This document shows positions 18,824-28,869 of a DNA stretch of 64,000 nucleotides, in pieces. Made by a program: the position numbers and the translations under genes. How positions within the stretch are numbered: position 1 is the stretch's first letter; each line of letters begins with the position of its first letter. The stretch lies in contig JAVZJD010000002.1 in NCBI GenBank assembly GCA_038870975.1, positions 5,922-69,921 of the forward strand, written 5' to 3'. Source of the stretch: Candidatus Bathyarchaeia archaeon. Its GTDB lineage: Archaea; Thermoproteota; CALKCG01; B24. The notes beneath the pieces are model-generated. The model was not told where the DNA came from and did not search any database. It saw only the letters and a list, made by a program, of their open reading frames with translations.

Positions 18824-20038
18824 ATGTTGTCTGAAGCTTTGAAGAAGAAGGCTGAAATGGCTTTAACTAAGAAGCCAGTCTACGGCTTAGACTTAGACGT
18901 ATCCGAATTCGAGCCGAAACACGTAGATTTAAACGTTGAAAGCCTCGACTCGTTGGATGAGGAGCTCAGTAGTAGTATGGAGTCTGTTGGCTTAAGCTTA
19001 AGCGAGAAGAGTACTCTAGGAGGCTATATTCAGGTCGATCAGACGTCTGTCTACAGTCTAAGCCGTAAGAGCGGTTTAACTATTCTAAACCTTAGAGAAG
19101 CGCTTAAACAATTCGACTTTTTAAGAGAATTCTACTGGAGGCTTATCCCAGTAGACTTGGATAAGTTTACGGCTTTAGCCGCTCTATACGAAGAAAGCGG
19201 ATACGTCATAGTTGCAGAGAAGGGGTTTAAATCTGAGAATCCAATTCAAGCATGTCTACTCGTTAAAAGCCCTAGAAGCCTTCAAACCCCACACAATATA
19301 GTGATCGCTGGGGAGGGTGTGAATCTACACGTGATAACTGGTTGTACTACCGCTCCTGAGAGCTTTGGCCTACATGTTGGAATCTCAGAGTTCTACGTCG
19401 GGAGGAATGCGACTGTTACGTTTACGATGATACACAGCTGGAGTAGGGCTTCACACGTCAGACCTAGAACGGCGGTTCTAGTGGAGGATGGCGGTCGATT
19501 TATAAGCAATTATGTAATCCTCAAACCGGCGTCTTCAATACAGACTTACCCCTCCATAAGGCTGGTCGGTGGGAATACTTCAGCGGTGTCTACGTCTGTA
19601 GTGCTTGGGTCTGGAAGTGCGAATATAGACGTAGGCTCCAGCGTGAGCTTGGAGTCTAAAGGCTCAAACTGTAGGATAATCTCTAGAGTAGTTGGCGGAG
19701 GCTCTTCTGAAACCGTGACTAGGAGTAGAATATCGGCTTTAGTGGACGGTGTTAAAGGGCATACAGAGTGTAATGGTATAATTGTTTCAGACGGTGCTTC
19801 AATAGTGGCTATTCCAGAGCTGGAGGCTAAGGCTGAAAACGTTGAGCTTACACATGAAGCTGCAATAGGTAAAATATCGGAGGAGGAGATATTCTACCTG
19901 CAGACTAGAGGTTTCACGAGGGAGGAAGCTGTCTCTCTAATCGTCGGAGGCTTCTTAGAGTCTGGGTTATCAGATTTGCCGACTAGCGTAGAGAAATACC
20001 TGAGAAGTGCTATTCAATCGGCTCTAACGGGCTTATAA
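18824..20038 (+). CDS. sufB: Fe-S cluster assembly scaffold protein of the SufB/SufD family
   Basis: C-terminal SufBD beta-helix region (HTECNGIIVSD..., ELEAKAENVELTHEAAIGKISEEEIFYLQTRG). It follows sufC. Confidence 0.7.
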   Translation: MLSEALKKKAEMALTKKPVYGLDLDVSEFEPKHVDLNVESLDSLDEELSSSMESVGLSLSEKSTLGGYIQVDQTSVYSLSRKSGLTILNLREALKQFDFLREFYWRLIPVDLDKFTALAALYEESGYVIVAEKGFKSENPIQACLLVKSPRSLQTPHNIVIAGEGVNLHVITGCTTAPESFGLHVGISEFYVGRNATVTFTMIHSWSRASHVRPRTAVLVEDGGRFISNYVILKPASSIQTYPSIRLVGGNTSAVSTSVVLGSGSANIDVGSSVSLESKGSNCRIISRVVGGGSSETVTRSRISALVDGVKGHTECNGIIVSDGASIVAIPELEAKAENVELTHEAAIGKISEEEIFYLQTRGFTREEAVSLIVGGFLESGLSDLPTSVEKYLRSAIQSALTGL

Positions 20039-20052
20039 TTTAACGGCTCGTT

Positions 20053-21708
20053 TCAACTTTTAACCTGACTTTTAGACCTTTTAACAGTCACATACTCCGC
20101 TAGGAAGCCTTTGAGCTTTTTCTCAGGTCTCTTCCACTCACGTTTCCGCTCTTCAAGTGTATCTCGGTCGACGTTTAAATTTAGCATTCTCCTAGGTATG
20201 TCTATTTCGATTTCATCTCCATTTTCCACTAGAGCTATAGGTCCACCCTCGTAAGCCTCTGGAGATACGTGTCCTACGCATGGTCCTCTAGTGGCTCCTG
20301 AGAACCGTCCGTCTGTTACAAGGGCGATTTCATCTGATAAACCCATACCGTATATCAACGCAGTCGGTATGAGCATTTCCTGCATACCCGGACCGCCCAT
20401 CATACCTTCATACCTTATCACTATGACTGAGCCCTTCTCTATTCTTCCGGCTTCTATGGCTTTTAAAGCTTCATCCTGCCCGTTGAATACTACGGCTGGC
20501 CCTATGAATACTTTGGCTCTTTCAGAGACCGCTGAGGCTTTAACAACGGAGCCTTGCGGAGCTAATGAACCTTTAAGTATTGCTATGCCGCCCTCGCTTT
20601 TCAACGGTTTGTCTATGGGCTTTATGACGTTGTAGTCTAAAATTTTTGCATCGGCTATGTTTTCCCCGACCGTTTTAAACGTGACGGTTAAAGCGTCTAA
20701 GTGTAGTAGTGTCTTCAACTCGCTCATGAGTGCTGGGACGCCTCCGGCTCTGTGGAAGTCTTCCATGTCCATTTCTCCGCCTGAACCTATTAGATTGGCT
20801 AAGTGGGGGACTCTACGGCTTATCTCATCGAATAGGTCTATGGAGATTTCTACACCGAGTTCTTCAGCTATAGCTGGAAGGTGGAGTACTGTGTTTGTAG
20901 ACCCTCCTAAAGCCATGTCCACTATGATGGCGTTTTCAAAGGCTTCTCGCGTCATTATCGCTGATGGTGTTAAATTCCTATTGACTAGTTTAACGATCTG
21001 TTCACCGGCTTTCCTAGCGAGTGAAATCCTACTCGAATAGTAGGCTGGGATTGTGGCTGTATACGGTAGGGCTATGCCTAATGCTTCGGATAGGCAAGCC
21101 ATTGTGTTGGCCGTGAAAAGTCCATTGCAGGAGCCACAGGTTGGACATGCTATTCTCTCAAGCTCTGTAAGCTCTTCTATGCTTAAACGTCTCCCCAGTA
21201 CTTCGCCGACGGCTTCAACGACTGTAAGTATTCCAGTCTTCCTGTTTCTCCATCTTCCAGAGCCCATCGGTCCCCCGGTTATAAGTATGCTCGGTATGTT
21301 TAGTCTAGCGGCTGCCATAAGCATTCCAGGGGTTATTTTATCGCAGTTTGTTAGAAGTACAAGCCCGTCTAGTCTGTGTGCTTCAGCCATGGCTTCGATG
21401 CTGTTGGCTATGAGTTCTCTAGATGGGAGGGAGTATTTCATGCCTATGTGGCCCATGGCTAATCCATCGCATATGGCTATTGTGTTGAATTCAAACGGTA
21501 CACCTCCCCCCCTCCAAACACCTTCTTTTACGGCTTCCACCATCCGTTTGAGGTGCATATGTCCTGGGACGATGTCTGTGTAGCTGTTTGCAATGCCTAT
21601 GAATGGTCTATTTAAATCACCTGGATCTACTCCTAGAGCGTATAGCAGTCCCCTATGGTGAGCCCTGTTTAAACCACTTTTTATCTCACTGCTTCTCGAC
21701 GTGTTCAA
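20053..21708 (-). CDS. ilvD: dihydroxy-acid dehydratase
   Basis: IlvD/Edd motifs CDGLAMGH, NCDKITPGMLMAA, CPTCGSCNG and ALVTDGRFSGAT. Confidence 0.9.
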   Translation of the reverse strand: MNTSRSSEIKSGLNRAHHRGLLYALGVDPGDLNRPFIGIANSYTDIVPGHMHLKRMVEAVKEGVWRGGGVPFEFNTIAICDGLAMGHIGMKYSLPSRELIANSIEAMAEAHRLDGLVLLTNCDKITPGMLMAAARLNIPSILITGGPMGSGRWRNRKTGILTVVEAVGEVLGRRLSIEELTELERIACPTCGSCNGLFTANTMACLSEALGIALPYTATIPAYYSSRISLARKAGEQIVKLVNRNLTPSAIMTREAFENAIIVDMALGGSTNTVLHLPAIAEELGVEISIDLFDEISRRVPHLANLIGSGGEMDMEDFHRAGGVPALMSELKTLLHLDALTVTFKTVGENIADAKILDYNVIKPIDKPLKSEGGIAILKGSLAPQGSVVKASAVSERAKVFIGPAVVFNGQDEALKAIEAGRIEKGSVIVIRYEGMMGGPGMQEMLIPTALIYGMGLSDEIALVTDGRFSGATRGPCVGHVSPEAYEGGPIALVENGDEIEIDIPRRMLNLNVDRDTLEERKREWKRPEKKLKGFLAEYVTVKRSKSQVKS

Positions 21709-21829
21709 TCTGAGTCACGCAATAGTTCAATCTGTGGAAGAAGCTATAAGCTTTAGTACAGTAAAAGTTCGTGTTGTAAAAGCTTAAATAGTGGATGTGT
21801 GTCTAAAATAGGCTTGTGTTCCATTAGGG

Positions 21830-23380
21830 GTGTTGCGATGGGGTGGTACTTTATCATCGAACTGTAGCGGCTTCCCCTCGAAAATACTTCTTCTAGATAC
21901 AACTTTAAGAGATGGTGAACAGACCCCAGGTGTATCACTCACCCCTGAGAAAAAACTGAGGATAGCGGTTAAACTTGATGAGATCGGCGTAGACTTTATA
22001 GAGGCTGGTTTTGCAGCGGCTTCTCGGGGGGAGTTTGAAGCTGTAAAGCTTGTATCGTCTCAAGGTTTGAAAGCTAAAGTCTACAGTTTCAGTAGAGGCG
22101 TTAAATCCGATATAGATTCTGCTGCAGATGCTGGAGCTGATGGTGTAACTTTAACGTTGCCCACTTCAGACCTACATATAACCTACAAGCTTAAGAAGGA
22201 TAGAGACTATATTTTGAGGAGTACTGAGGAGTCTGTAACGCATGCTAAGAGTAGGGGGTTGACCGTAGAATTCCTCGCAGAGGATGGTAGTAGAAGCGAC
22301 TTGGAGTTTCTGGAGAAAGTCTTTAATAGAGCTGTGGAGTGTGGAGCAGATAGAGTATGTCTTTGCGACACTGTTGGGGTTTTAACGGTTGAGAAGACTT
22401 ATGAAGTAGTTCGTAGGCTTTCGGCGAATTTGAAAGTCCCATTGGCGATTCACTGTCACAACGACTTCGGATTGGCTGTTTCAAATTCTATCGCTGCTCT
22501 TAAAAGTGGTGCTCAAGAGGCTCATGTTACAGTCAACGGGCTTGGAGAGAGGGCTGGTAATGCTGCTTTGGAGGAGCTTGTTGTAGCTTTAAACGTTTTA
22601 TACGGCTGTAAGTTGAACATCCGCATGGAGCTTATACATGAAACGTCTAGGCTTGTTTCAAGGTTGACGGGTATTTTCCTCCAGCCTAATAAGGCGATAG
22701 TTGGTGATAATGCGTTTACTCATGAGTCTGGAATACATACGCACGGCGTTTTATCGCACCCAGCAACTTATGAGCCTATTTCGCCTGAGCTTGTAGGAGC
22801 ATCTAGACGTATAACTGTGGGTAAACACGCTGGCTCACATGGTATTGAAGCCATGCTCAGAAGTATGGGTTTAACTGTGACGAAAGAGCAGCTTTCAGAA
22901 ATCCTGAAGAGGATTAAAACTCTAGGCGATAAGGGTAAGCAGGTTACAGACACAGACCTTCAAGCTATAGCTGAAGCCGTCCTAGGATTGCCAAAGGTCA
23001 GACCTATACAGTTGAAAGAGCTTACTGTCGTAACTGGTAATAGGATTACTCCGACGGCTTCTGTTAAGCTGTCTTTAAACGGTAAGACGATAGTTGAGTC
23101 TGCAACTGGAGTAGGCCCGGTTGACGCCGCTATTAACGCCATTAGGAAGGCTGTTTCAGCGGTGGAGCCTATTCAGCTTGAAGAATACCATGTGAAAGCT
23201 ATAACTGGTGGAACCGATGCCGTCGTCGAAGTCTTGGTGAGGCTTAGGAAGGGTGCGAGGGTTGTTACGGCTATGGGTGCTAGAGGGGATATCGTTATGG
23301 CGAGTGTGGAAGCCGTCTTAAACGGGATGAATACTCTCCTAGTCGACTATGAGAAGATTAGGGGGGAGGGTAAAAGTTGA
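21830..23380 (+). CDS. leuA: 2-isopropylmalate synthase / (R)-citramalate synthase family
   Basis: LLDTTLRDGEQ, HCHNDFGLAV and HESGIH motifs plus a C-terminal LeuA-dimer regulatory domain. LeuA and CimA specificity cannot be separated by eye. The start is GTG or TTG. Confidence 0.8.
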   Translation: MLRWGGTLSSNCSGFPSKILLLDTTLRDGEQTPGVSLTPEKKLRIAVKLDEIGVDFIEAGFAAASRGEFEAVKLVSSQGLKAKVYSFSRGVKSDIDSAADAGADGVTLTLPTSDLHITYKLKKDRDYILRSTEESVTHAKSRGLTVEFLAEDGSRSDLEFLEKVFNRAVECGADRVCLCDTVGVLTVEKTYEVVRRLSANLKVPLAIHCHNDFGLAVSNSIAALKSGAQEAHVTVNGLGERAGNAALEELVVALNVLYGCKLNIRMELIHETSRLVSRLTGIFLQPNKAIVGDNAFTHESGIHTHGVLSHPATYEPISPELVGASRRITVGKHAGSHGIEAMLRSMGLTVTKEQLSEILKRIKTLGDKGKQVTDTDLQAIAEAVLGLPKVRPIQLKELTVVTGNRITPTASVKLSLNGKTIVESATGVGPVDAAINAIRKAVSAVEPIQLEEYHVKAITGGTDAVVEVLVRLRKGARVVTAMGARGDIVMASVEAVLNGMNTLLVDYEKIRGEGKS

Positions 23381-25050
23381 GGATGAGTGGGAGTCAAGCG
23401 TTAATAGAGGCTCTGAAAAGAGAAGGGGTTAAAGTAATCTTTGGAATACCTGGAGGGGCTATAATGCCTGTCTACGACGTTCTCTACGATGAGAAGGATA
23501 TAAGACACATTCTCATGCGGCATGAACAGTGCGCTGCACACGCAGCCGATGGGTATGCTAGGGCTTTACGTGGACCTGGTGTTTGTATGGCTACTTCTGG
23601 ACCTGGGGCTACGAATCTTGTGACTGGTATTGCTAATGCTTATATGGATTCTAGCCCTGTTGTGGCGATAACTGGTCAGGTTGCTACGCACTTGATCGGT
23701 AAAGACGCTTTCCAAGAGACCGACATAATCGGTATAACTACTCCCATAACCAAGTACAATTATCAGGTTAGGCGGGTTGAGGATATACCTAGGATAGTTA
23801 AAGAGGCGTTCTACATTGCGTCGACGGGTAGGCCTGGGCCTGTGGTTATAGATGTGCCTAGGGATATGCAGACTGGTATAGCTGATGTGGATTTCAACGT
23901 TAAGGTGAGTATAAGGGGCTATAAGCCTAATGTTGAACCCCACCCTCTACAGGTTAAAAGGGCTGTCGACATACTGGTTGGTAGTGAGCGTCCAGTAATA
24001 CTTGCTGGTGGAGGAGTGCATTGGTCTAAGGCTTACGGGGAGCTTCTGACCTTAGCTGAGCTGTTAATGGCGCCTGTAGCTACTACCTTCATGGGTAAAG
24101 GCGTTATACCTGAAAACCACCCTCTGGCTTTAGGCTGTGTTGGGATGCATGGTAGGGTTGAAGCCAATAAGGCTATTATGGCTTCTGACGCTATTCTAGC
24201 GGTAGGTGTTAGATTTTCAGATAGAACTACTGGTAAGGTTGATGAATTCTGTCACGATGCTAAGATAATACACATAGACATAGACCCCTCCGAGATTAGG
24301 AAGAACGTCCCAGTTCACCTACCTATCGTTGCAGACGCTAAATACGCTCTTAAAGCTATCATAGATGAGTTGATCCGTAGAGGCTTCAAGAGGGAGAAGT
24401 CTGATTGGATTAGACGTATTGAAATGCTTAAGAAGGAGTGTGAAGACTCAGAGCCAGGTGGAGATCTTACGGCTGTGAATGCTATTAAGCTTCTACGTAA
24501 AGTTCTGCCTGAGAAGGCCATTGTGACCACGGAGGTTGGGCAGAATCAAATGTGGGCTTCGTTACACTTCAGGGTTTTAAAGCCTGGGACGTTCATATCT
24601 TCAGGCGGATTGGGGACTATGGGCTTCGGCTTCCCTGCGGCGCTTGGAGCTAAAGTCGCAGTGCCTGATGTACCCGTCGTAGATATCGCTGGAGACGGTA
24701 GTTTTCTGATGACTGAGCAGGACTTAGCTACTAGTGTTGTTGAAGATATACCAGTTACGGTTATGGTTCTCAACAATTCGAGTCTAGGTATGGTTGCTCA
24801 GTGGCAGAGGTTCTTCTTTGGAAGAAGATACTCTCATACGGATTTGAAGGGTGTGCCAGATTTCGCTAGACTTGCTGAGGCTTTTGGGGCTAGAGGTGTG
24901 AGAGTTGGTTCTCTGAATGAGCTTGAGCAGGTTTTACGTGAGGCTGTGAAATCGGATGTAACTGTTGTTATAGATGTTCCAATACCTAAGGAGGAGGATG
25001 TTCTACCGATTGTTCCACCGGGTAGGAGTTTAAAGGATATGATATGTTAG
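23377..25050 (+). CDS. ilvB: acetolactate synthase large subunit
   Basis: ThDP enzyme with GIPGGAIMPVYD and the ThDP motif IAGDGSFLMTEQDL...VLNN. It overlaps leuA by 4 nt. Confidence 0.9.
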   Translation: MRMSGSQALIEALKREGVKVIFGIPGGAIMPVYDVLYDEKDIRHILMRHEQCAAHAADGYARALRGPGVCMATSGPGATNLVTGIANAYMDSSPVVAITGQVATHLIGKDAFQETDIIGITTPITKYNYQVRRVEDIPRIVKEAFYIASTGRPGPVVIDVPRDMQTGIADVDFNVKVSIRGYKPNVEPHPLQVKRAVDILVGSERPVILAGGGVHWSKAYGELLTLAELLMAPVATTFMGKGVIPENHPLALGCVGMHGRVEANKAIMASDAILAVGVRFSDRTTGKVDEFCHDAKIIHIDIDPSEIRKNVPVHLPIVADAKYALKAIIDELIRRGFKREKSDWIRRIEMLKKECEDSEPGGDLTAVNAIKLLRKVLPEKAIVTTEVGQNQMWASLHFRVLKPGTFISSGGLGTMGFGFPAALGAKVAVPDVPVVDIAGDGSFLMTEQDLATSVVEDIPVTVMVLNNSSLGMVAQWQRFFFGRRYSHTDLKGVPDFARLAEAFGARGVRVGSLNELEQVLREAVKSDVTVVIDVPIPKEEDVLPIVPPGRSLKDMIC

Positions 25051-25057
25051 GAGGCGG

Positions 25058-25567
25058 TTGTATTTGGGAGAGTATATTTTGGCTGCTCTCGTTGAGCATA
25101 AGCCTGGCGTTTTACATAAGGTTTCAAACATGTTTAGGAAGAGGAATTTCAACATAGAGAGTATAACGGTTGGTGCATGTGAGGATGGAGATGTTGCTAG
25201 GATGACTATAACTGTTCAAGGTGATGAAGCTGTCGTTGAGCAGGTTGTGAAGCAGCTTCAAAAGCTTGTAGATGTTATAAAGGTTAGTAGGCTTGAGCCT
25301 AGTAAGAGCGTTGTTAGAGAGCTGGCTCTAGTTAAGGTTTACACGGCTGATTCTAAGGCTAAAAGCGACGTTGTAAACTACGCCACCATATTCAGAGGTA
25401 GGATTGTCGACGTTTCTAAAGACTCTATGATAATCGAGGTTACAGGTTCGCCTAGTAAAATCGATGCCTTCGTTGAACTCGTGAAACCCTACGGTATTAA
25501 AGAGTTCGCTAGGACTGGCGTTGTAGCTATGTCGAGAGGACTTAAATCTTTGAAAGTAGAAGAATAG
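25058..25567 (+). CDS. ilvN: acetolactate synthase small (regulatory) subunit
   Basis: ACT domain LVEHKPGVLHKVSNMFRKRNFNIESITVG followed by the ALS small-subunit C-terminal domain. Confidence 0.85.
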   Translation: MYLGEYILAALVEHKPGVLHKVSNMFRKRNFNIESITVGACEDGDVARMTITVQGDEAVVEQVVKQLQKLVDVIKVSRLEPSKSVVRELALVKVYTADSKAKSDVVNYATIFRGRIVDVSKDSMIIEVTGSPSKIDAFVELVKPYGIKEFARTGVVAMSRGLKSLKVEE

Positions 25568-26572
25568 GTGGAGGTGTTTACCACGGTTAAGGTCTTCCAT
25601 GATGAGGATGCTTCTCTAGAGCCTCTTAAAGGTAGGACTATTGCGGTGATAGGCTATGGAAGCCAGGGTAGGAATCAGGCTTTAAACTTTAGAGACTCGG
25701 GTTTAAATGTGATCGTAGGCGTTAGACGTGATGGTAGGTCTTGGAGGCTTGCATCTGAAGACGGTTTTAAAGTCTATGAGATACCTGAAGCCTCAAGGCT
25801 CGGCGATATTGTCCATATACTGATTCCGGATACTGCTCAGCCTGAGGTTTACGCTGAACAGATCGCTCCGTATATTTCAGAGGGTAAGGCTTTAGGCTTC
25901 AGCCACGGGTTCAACATACACTTTAAACGCATCGTTCCCCCTTCAAACGTAGACGTTATAATGGTTGCTCCGAAGAGTCCGGGGCATCTTTTGAGGCGTA
26001 TGTATTTGGAGGGTTTCGGAGTTCCTGCGCTTGTAGCGGTTCATCAAGACTACAGTGGGAAGGCTAGAGAAACTGTTCTAGCTATGGCTAAGGCTTTAGG
26101 CTGTACTAGGGCTGGGGTTATAGAGACTACTTTTAAGGATGAAACTGAGAGCGATTTGATAGGTGAACAGTGTGTACTAGTTGGTGGTTTAATCGAGCTT
26201 ATTATGAAGGGTTTTGAAGTACTGGTGGAGCTTGGGTATCCGCCTGAGCTTGCCTACTTTGAGGCGTGTAATGAGGCTAAGCTCATAATGGACCTTATAT
26301 ACGAGCGGGGTATAACTGGTATGCTTCAGGCGGTTTCAGACACGGCTAAGCATGGAGGTTTAACTAGAGGACCGAGGGTTTTAGACGAGAGGGTTAAAGA
26401 GAATATGCGTAGAGTGGCTGAAGAAGTTATAAGCGGTAAGTATGCTGAAGAGTGGGTTAAAGAGGATGCTGCTGGTAGGCCGAATCTTAAGCGTCTCCTC
26501 ATGGAGATTGAGCGGCATCCTCTTGAAGTCGTCGGTAGGAGTATACGTAGGATGGCTGGTATAGAAAAGTAG
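25568..26572 (+). CDS. ilvC: ketol-acid reductoisomerase
   Basis: [22 protein letters not shown] motif and [11 protein letters not shown]. Confidence 0.9.
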   Translation: MEVFTTVKVFHDEDASLEPLKGRTIAVIGYGSQGRNQALNFRDSGLNVIVGVRRDGRSWRLASEDGFKVYEIPEASRLGDIVHILIPDTAQPEVYAEQIAPYISEGKALGFSHGFNIHFKRIVPPSNVDVIMVAPKSPGHLLRRMYLEGFGVPALVAVHQDYSGKARETVLAMAKALGCTRAGVIETTFKDETESDLIGEQCVLVGGLIELIMKGFEVLVELGYPPELAYFEACNEAKLIMDLIYERGITGMLQAVSDTAKHGGLTRGPRVLDERVKENMRRVAEEVISGKYAEEWVKEDAAGRPNLKRLLMEIERHPLEVVGRSIRRMAGIEK

Positions 26573-26583
26573 AAATCGTCCGG

Positions 26584-26600
26584 TTTTATTTTTCATTTTT
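26584..26600 (+). terminator. oligo-T tract (ttttatttttcattttt) between ilvC and the next gene
   Basis: A T-rich run lies 12 nt after the ilvC stop, and archaeal RNAP terminates at oligo-T. It could equally be read-through spacer. Confidence 0.3.
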
Positions 26601-26602
26601 AA

Positions 26603-27658
26603 ATGTCTGAGAGGCTTGCTTTAAAGGTTGATAAGCGTAGATCCAACGATTTGATTAAGCTTCTCAAGGTTATGGGGCTTTTAAATGGAGATTTTAAGGT
26701 AAAACGTGTAGAAGACTATGTACTGGTTCCGATTTTGAGGAAGCCTACTGTTGAAGAATTGGAGGTGCTCAGCCGTTTTGAGCCTGTTTTACAGGTGGGT
26801 GTTTTCGAGCCTAGGTTTAAAACGTCTAGTGTTAGAGAGGCTTTAAAGGGTTTAATCCCAGATGGTTTACTCGACTCGGTTCCATCTTCAATGGATTTGA
26901 TAGGTGAGGTTGCTATTGTGCAGGTTCAAGATGAGTTGAAGCCTTTCTTAAAGGCTATTGGAGAGGCTATTCTCAAAGTCTATCCACGTATTAAAACGGT
27001 TCTAGTGAAGAGTAGCCCTATATCTGGGGTTTTCAGAGTTGGAGGCTATGAGGTTGTTGTAGGCTCTGGTGTGACTGAGACTTTCTACAGGGAGCATGGG
27101 TGTGTATACCTTGTAGACCCTGTTAAAGTGTACGTAAGTCCAAGGTTGAGCTTTGAGCGTTTAAGGGTTGCTTCGATGGTTAAGCCCGGTGAGAACGTGT
27201 TAGACATGTTTACAGGTGTTGGATGTTATGCTATTTTAATCGCTAAGAGGGTTTTAAACTGTAAAGTCTACGCTGTTGATTTAAACCCTTACGCTATTAA
27301 ATACCTTAAGTATAATATTGAGAGGAATAGGGTTCAGGGTAGAGTTGTACCGATTGAAGGAGATGCATCTAAAGTCGTGGAGTCTGGTTTAAACGGGATG
27401 TTTGATAGGGTTATAATAGATAACCCTTCGAACGCTAGGGAGTTTCTAAGAGCTGCTTGCGATGCGCTTAAACAGACTGGTGGAGTTGTACACTACTACG
27501 AGTTCCGCCCAGAGGGTGATTTAATGGATAGGGTTTTAGAGGACTTCTACGAGAACGTTGAGAGGTTTGGAAGGTCTGTAAAGTCCTCTAACGTTAGAGT
27601 AGTTCGGGAGGTTGCTCCTAGAATATACCATGTGGTTGTAGACGCCTCTATCCAGTAG
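26603..27658 (+). CDS. Trm5/Taw22-type (Met-10+ like) tRNA methyltransferase
   Basis: SAM-binding VLDMFTGVGCYAI, DLNP and a catalytic-loop IIDNPSNA pattern, with an N-terminal D1/D2-like region. Confidence 0.7.
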   Translation: MSERLALKVDKRRSNDLIKLLKVMGLLNGDFKVKRVEDYVLVPILRKPTVEELEVLSRFEPVLQVGVFEPRFKTSSVREALKGLIPDGLLDSVPSSMDLIGEVAIVQVQDELKPFLKAIGEAILKVYPRIKTVLVKSSPISGVFRVGGYEVVVGSGVTETFYREHGCVYLVDPVKVYVSPRLSFERLRVASMVKPGENVLDMFTGVGCYAILIAKRVLNCKVYAVDLNPYAIKYLKYNIERNRVQGRVVPIEGDASKVVESGLNGMFDRVIIDNPSNAREFLRAACDALKQTGGVVHYYEFRPEGDLMDRVLEDFYENVERFGRSVKSSNVRVVREVAPRIYHVVVDASIQ

Positions 27659-27679
27659 ACCATCCAAGGCTTGGTTATT

Positions 27680-28087
27680 CTACTCTTTAAACGCTTCCAG
27701 TGTGATGTGTACAACGGTGTCTGGGCTTTTTAAAAGCCGTAGGATTTCCCTAGGTAGGTCTGAGGCTGATGAATCGGCTTTAACCATGACGGTTCTTGGG
27801 CATACGTACTGGCTCTTCCTGAAGACCATAGATTTTACGTCTGTTAGAGTCATTTCTCTAGAGCCGTATCCTCTAACAGTCCACGTGAACGGTCCAGCTT
27901 CGAGCTTTAAGGTTACGACTGTACTTCCGCTTTTTAGAAGCTGTTTGAATTCTGGGCTTAAATCGTAGGCTGCTTTCGAAGCTGAAACGGCGATTATACA
28001 GTCTCCTCTCGGCGTTACATAGGGGTCTCTGGTGATTTCAAAAGTAGTCTTATGTTTAGCTGTTATGTTTGGGTGTCCCCTAGCCAC
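27680..28087 (-). CDS. DUF371-family protein
   Basis: The motifs ARGHPNITAKHKTTFEIT and PRGDCIIAV recall DUF371. This is a call from memory. Confidence 0.5.
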   Translation of the reverse strand: MARGHPNITAKHKTTFEITRDPYVTPRGDCIIAVSASKAAYDLSPEFKQLLKSGSTVVTLKLEAGPFTWTVRGYGSREMTLTDVKSMVFRKSQYVCPRTVMVKADSSASDLPREILRLLKSPDTVVHITLEAFKE

Positions 28088-28112
28088 TACGTACTCCCTA
28101 GCGTTGGAGATT

Positions 28113-28607
28113 CTACCACCATCCCCTCCATCCCTTCTTACCCCTTAAAGGTACGAATGCTACACCACCCAAGTGTACTGTTTCAACAGTTTCATCGCTA
28201 CGCTTGTACGCTTTAACCAATTCTTGGAATCCACCTGGCGGTCCAATGGGTGCGACTATGAGACCGCCTACTTTAACCTGTTCGATTAGAGTGTCTGGGA
28301 TCTCTGGGGCTGCGGCTGTAACGAGGATGCGGTCGTATGGTGCTTTTTCAGGATAGCCTAGAGAGCCGTCTCCATGTATGACTGTGACTCTATCTGAGTA
28401 TCCGCTTTTACGTACGTTTTCCTCAGCCATTCTGTAAAGCTCGAAGATTATTTCAACCGTCCAGACGTGTCCCCACTTCTCCCTAGGTTCATCAGACGGT
28501 GCGACTACTTCAGCTATTGTACAAGCGTGGTATCCTGAGCCGGCTCCAACCTCTAGAACTTTTAAACCCACTTCGAGTTCAAGCGCTTCATTCATTATAC
28601 AGACCAT
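28113..28607 (-). CDS. pcm: protein-L-isoaspartate O-methyltransferase, C-terminal 164 aa (second coding segment)
   Basis: MVCIMNEALELEVGLKVLEVGAGSGYH is the SAM motif I of PIMT. The segment ends ...GGVAFVPLRG. Confidence 0.85.
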   Translation of the reverse strand: MVCIMNEALELEVGLKVLEVGAGSGYHACTIAEVVAPSDEPREKWGHVWTVEIIFELYRMAEENVRKSGYSDRVTVIHGDGSLGYPEKAPYDRILVTAAAPEIPDTLIEQVKVGGLIVAPIGPPGGFQELVKAYKRSDETVETVHLGGVAFVPLRGKKGWRGWW

Positions 28608-28645
28608 GTTTCACCCCTCTAGCCTTCTGGCTAGAAGTGTGGTGC
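28608..28645 (-). other. bulge-helix-bulge (BHB) RNA motif enclosing a 29-nt insertion in pcm (candidate intron)
   Basis: mRNA sense reads G-CACC-ACA-CUUCUAGCC-AGAA-GGCUAGAGG-GGUG-AAA-C. That gives a 4-bp helix (28644-41 with 28615-12), two 3-nt bulges (28640-38 and 28611-09) and an inner 9-bp hairpin. Symmetric excision removes 29 nt and restores the frame. Confidence 0.6.
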
Positions 28646-28837
28646 GGATATGGTTTGACCGTAGCCTATCGGTAGTGGTGTGTCGACGTAGGCGTATGGC
28701 TTTAAATATTCCGGTAGAAAGTTCTCCCTTGGGACTCTTCTAAACGCCTCTATGACTTTCTCCGTCTTGAGGATGCCTTCTCTAACGTAGATGTCTATCA
28801 ACTTCTCCTTCTCTCTTTTAAAATCCTCAGAGGACAT
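28631..28837 (-). CDS. pcm: protein-L-isoaspartate O-methyltransferase, N-terminal 67 aa (first coding segment)
   Basis: ...[33 protein letters not shown] matches the PIMT N-terminus. The frame then runs into TAG inside the 29-nt insertion. Confidence 0.85.
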   Translation of the reverse strand: MSSEDFKREKEKLIDIYVREGILKTEKVIEAFRRVPRENFLPEYLKPYAYVDTPLPIGYGQTISAPHF

Positions 28838-28869
28838 GTTTCCACTATTTAAATGGTTTACGTTTACTG

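Noticed and set aside
20291-21583. Three consecutive plus-strand ORFs (114-176 aa) opposite ilvD.
   Set aside because: ilvD on the minus strand is unambiguous along its full length. The antisense translations are Ser/Pro/Ala-rich and motif-free.
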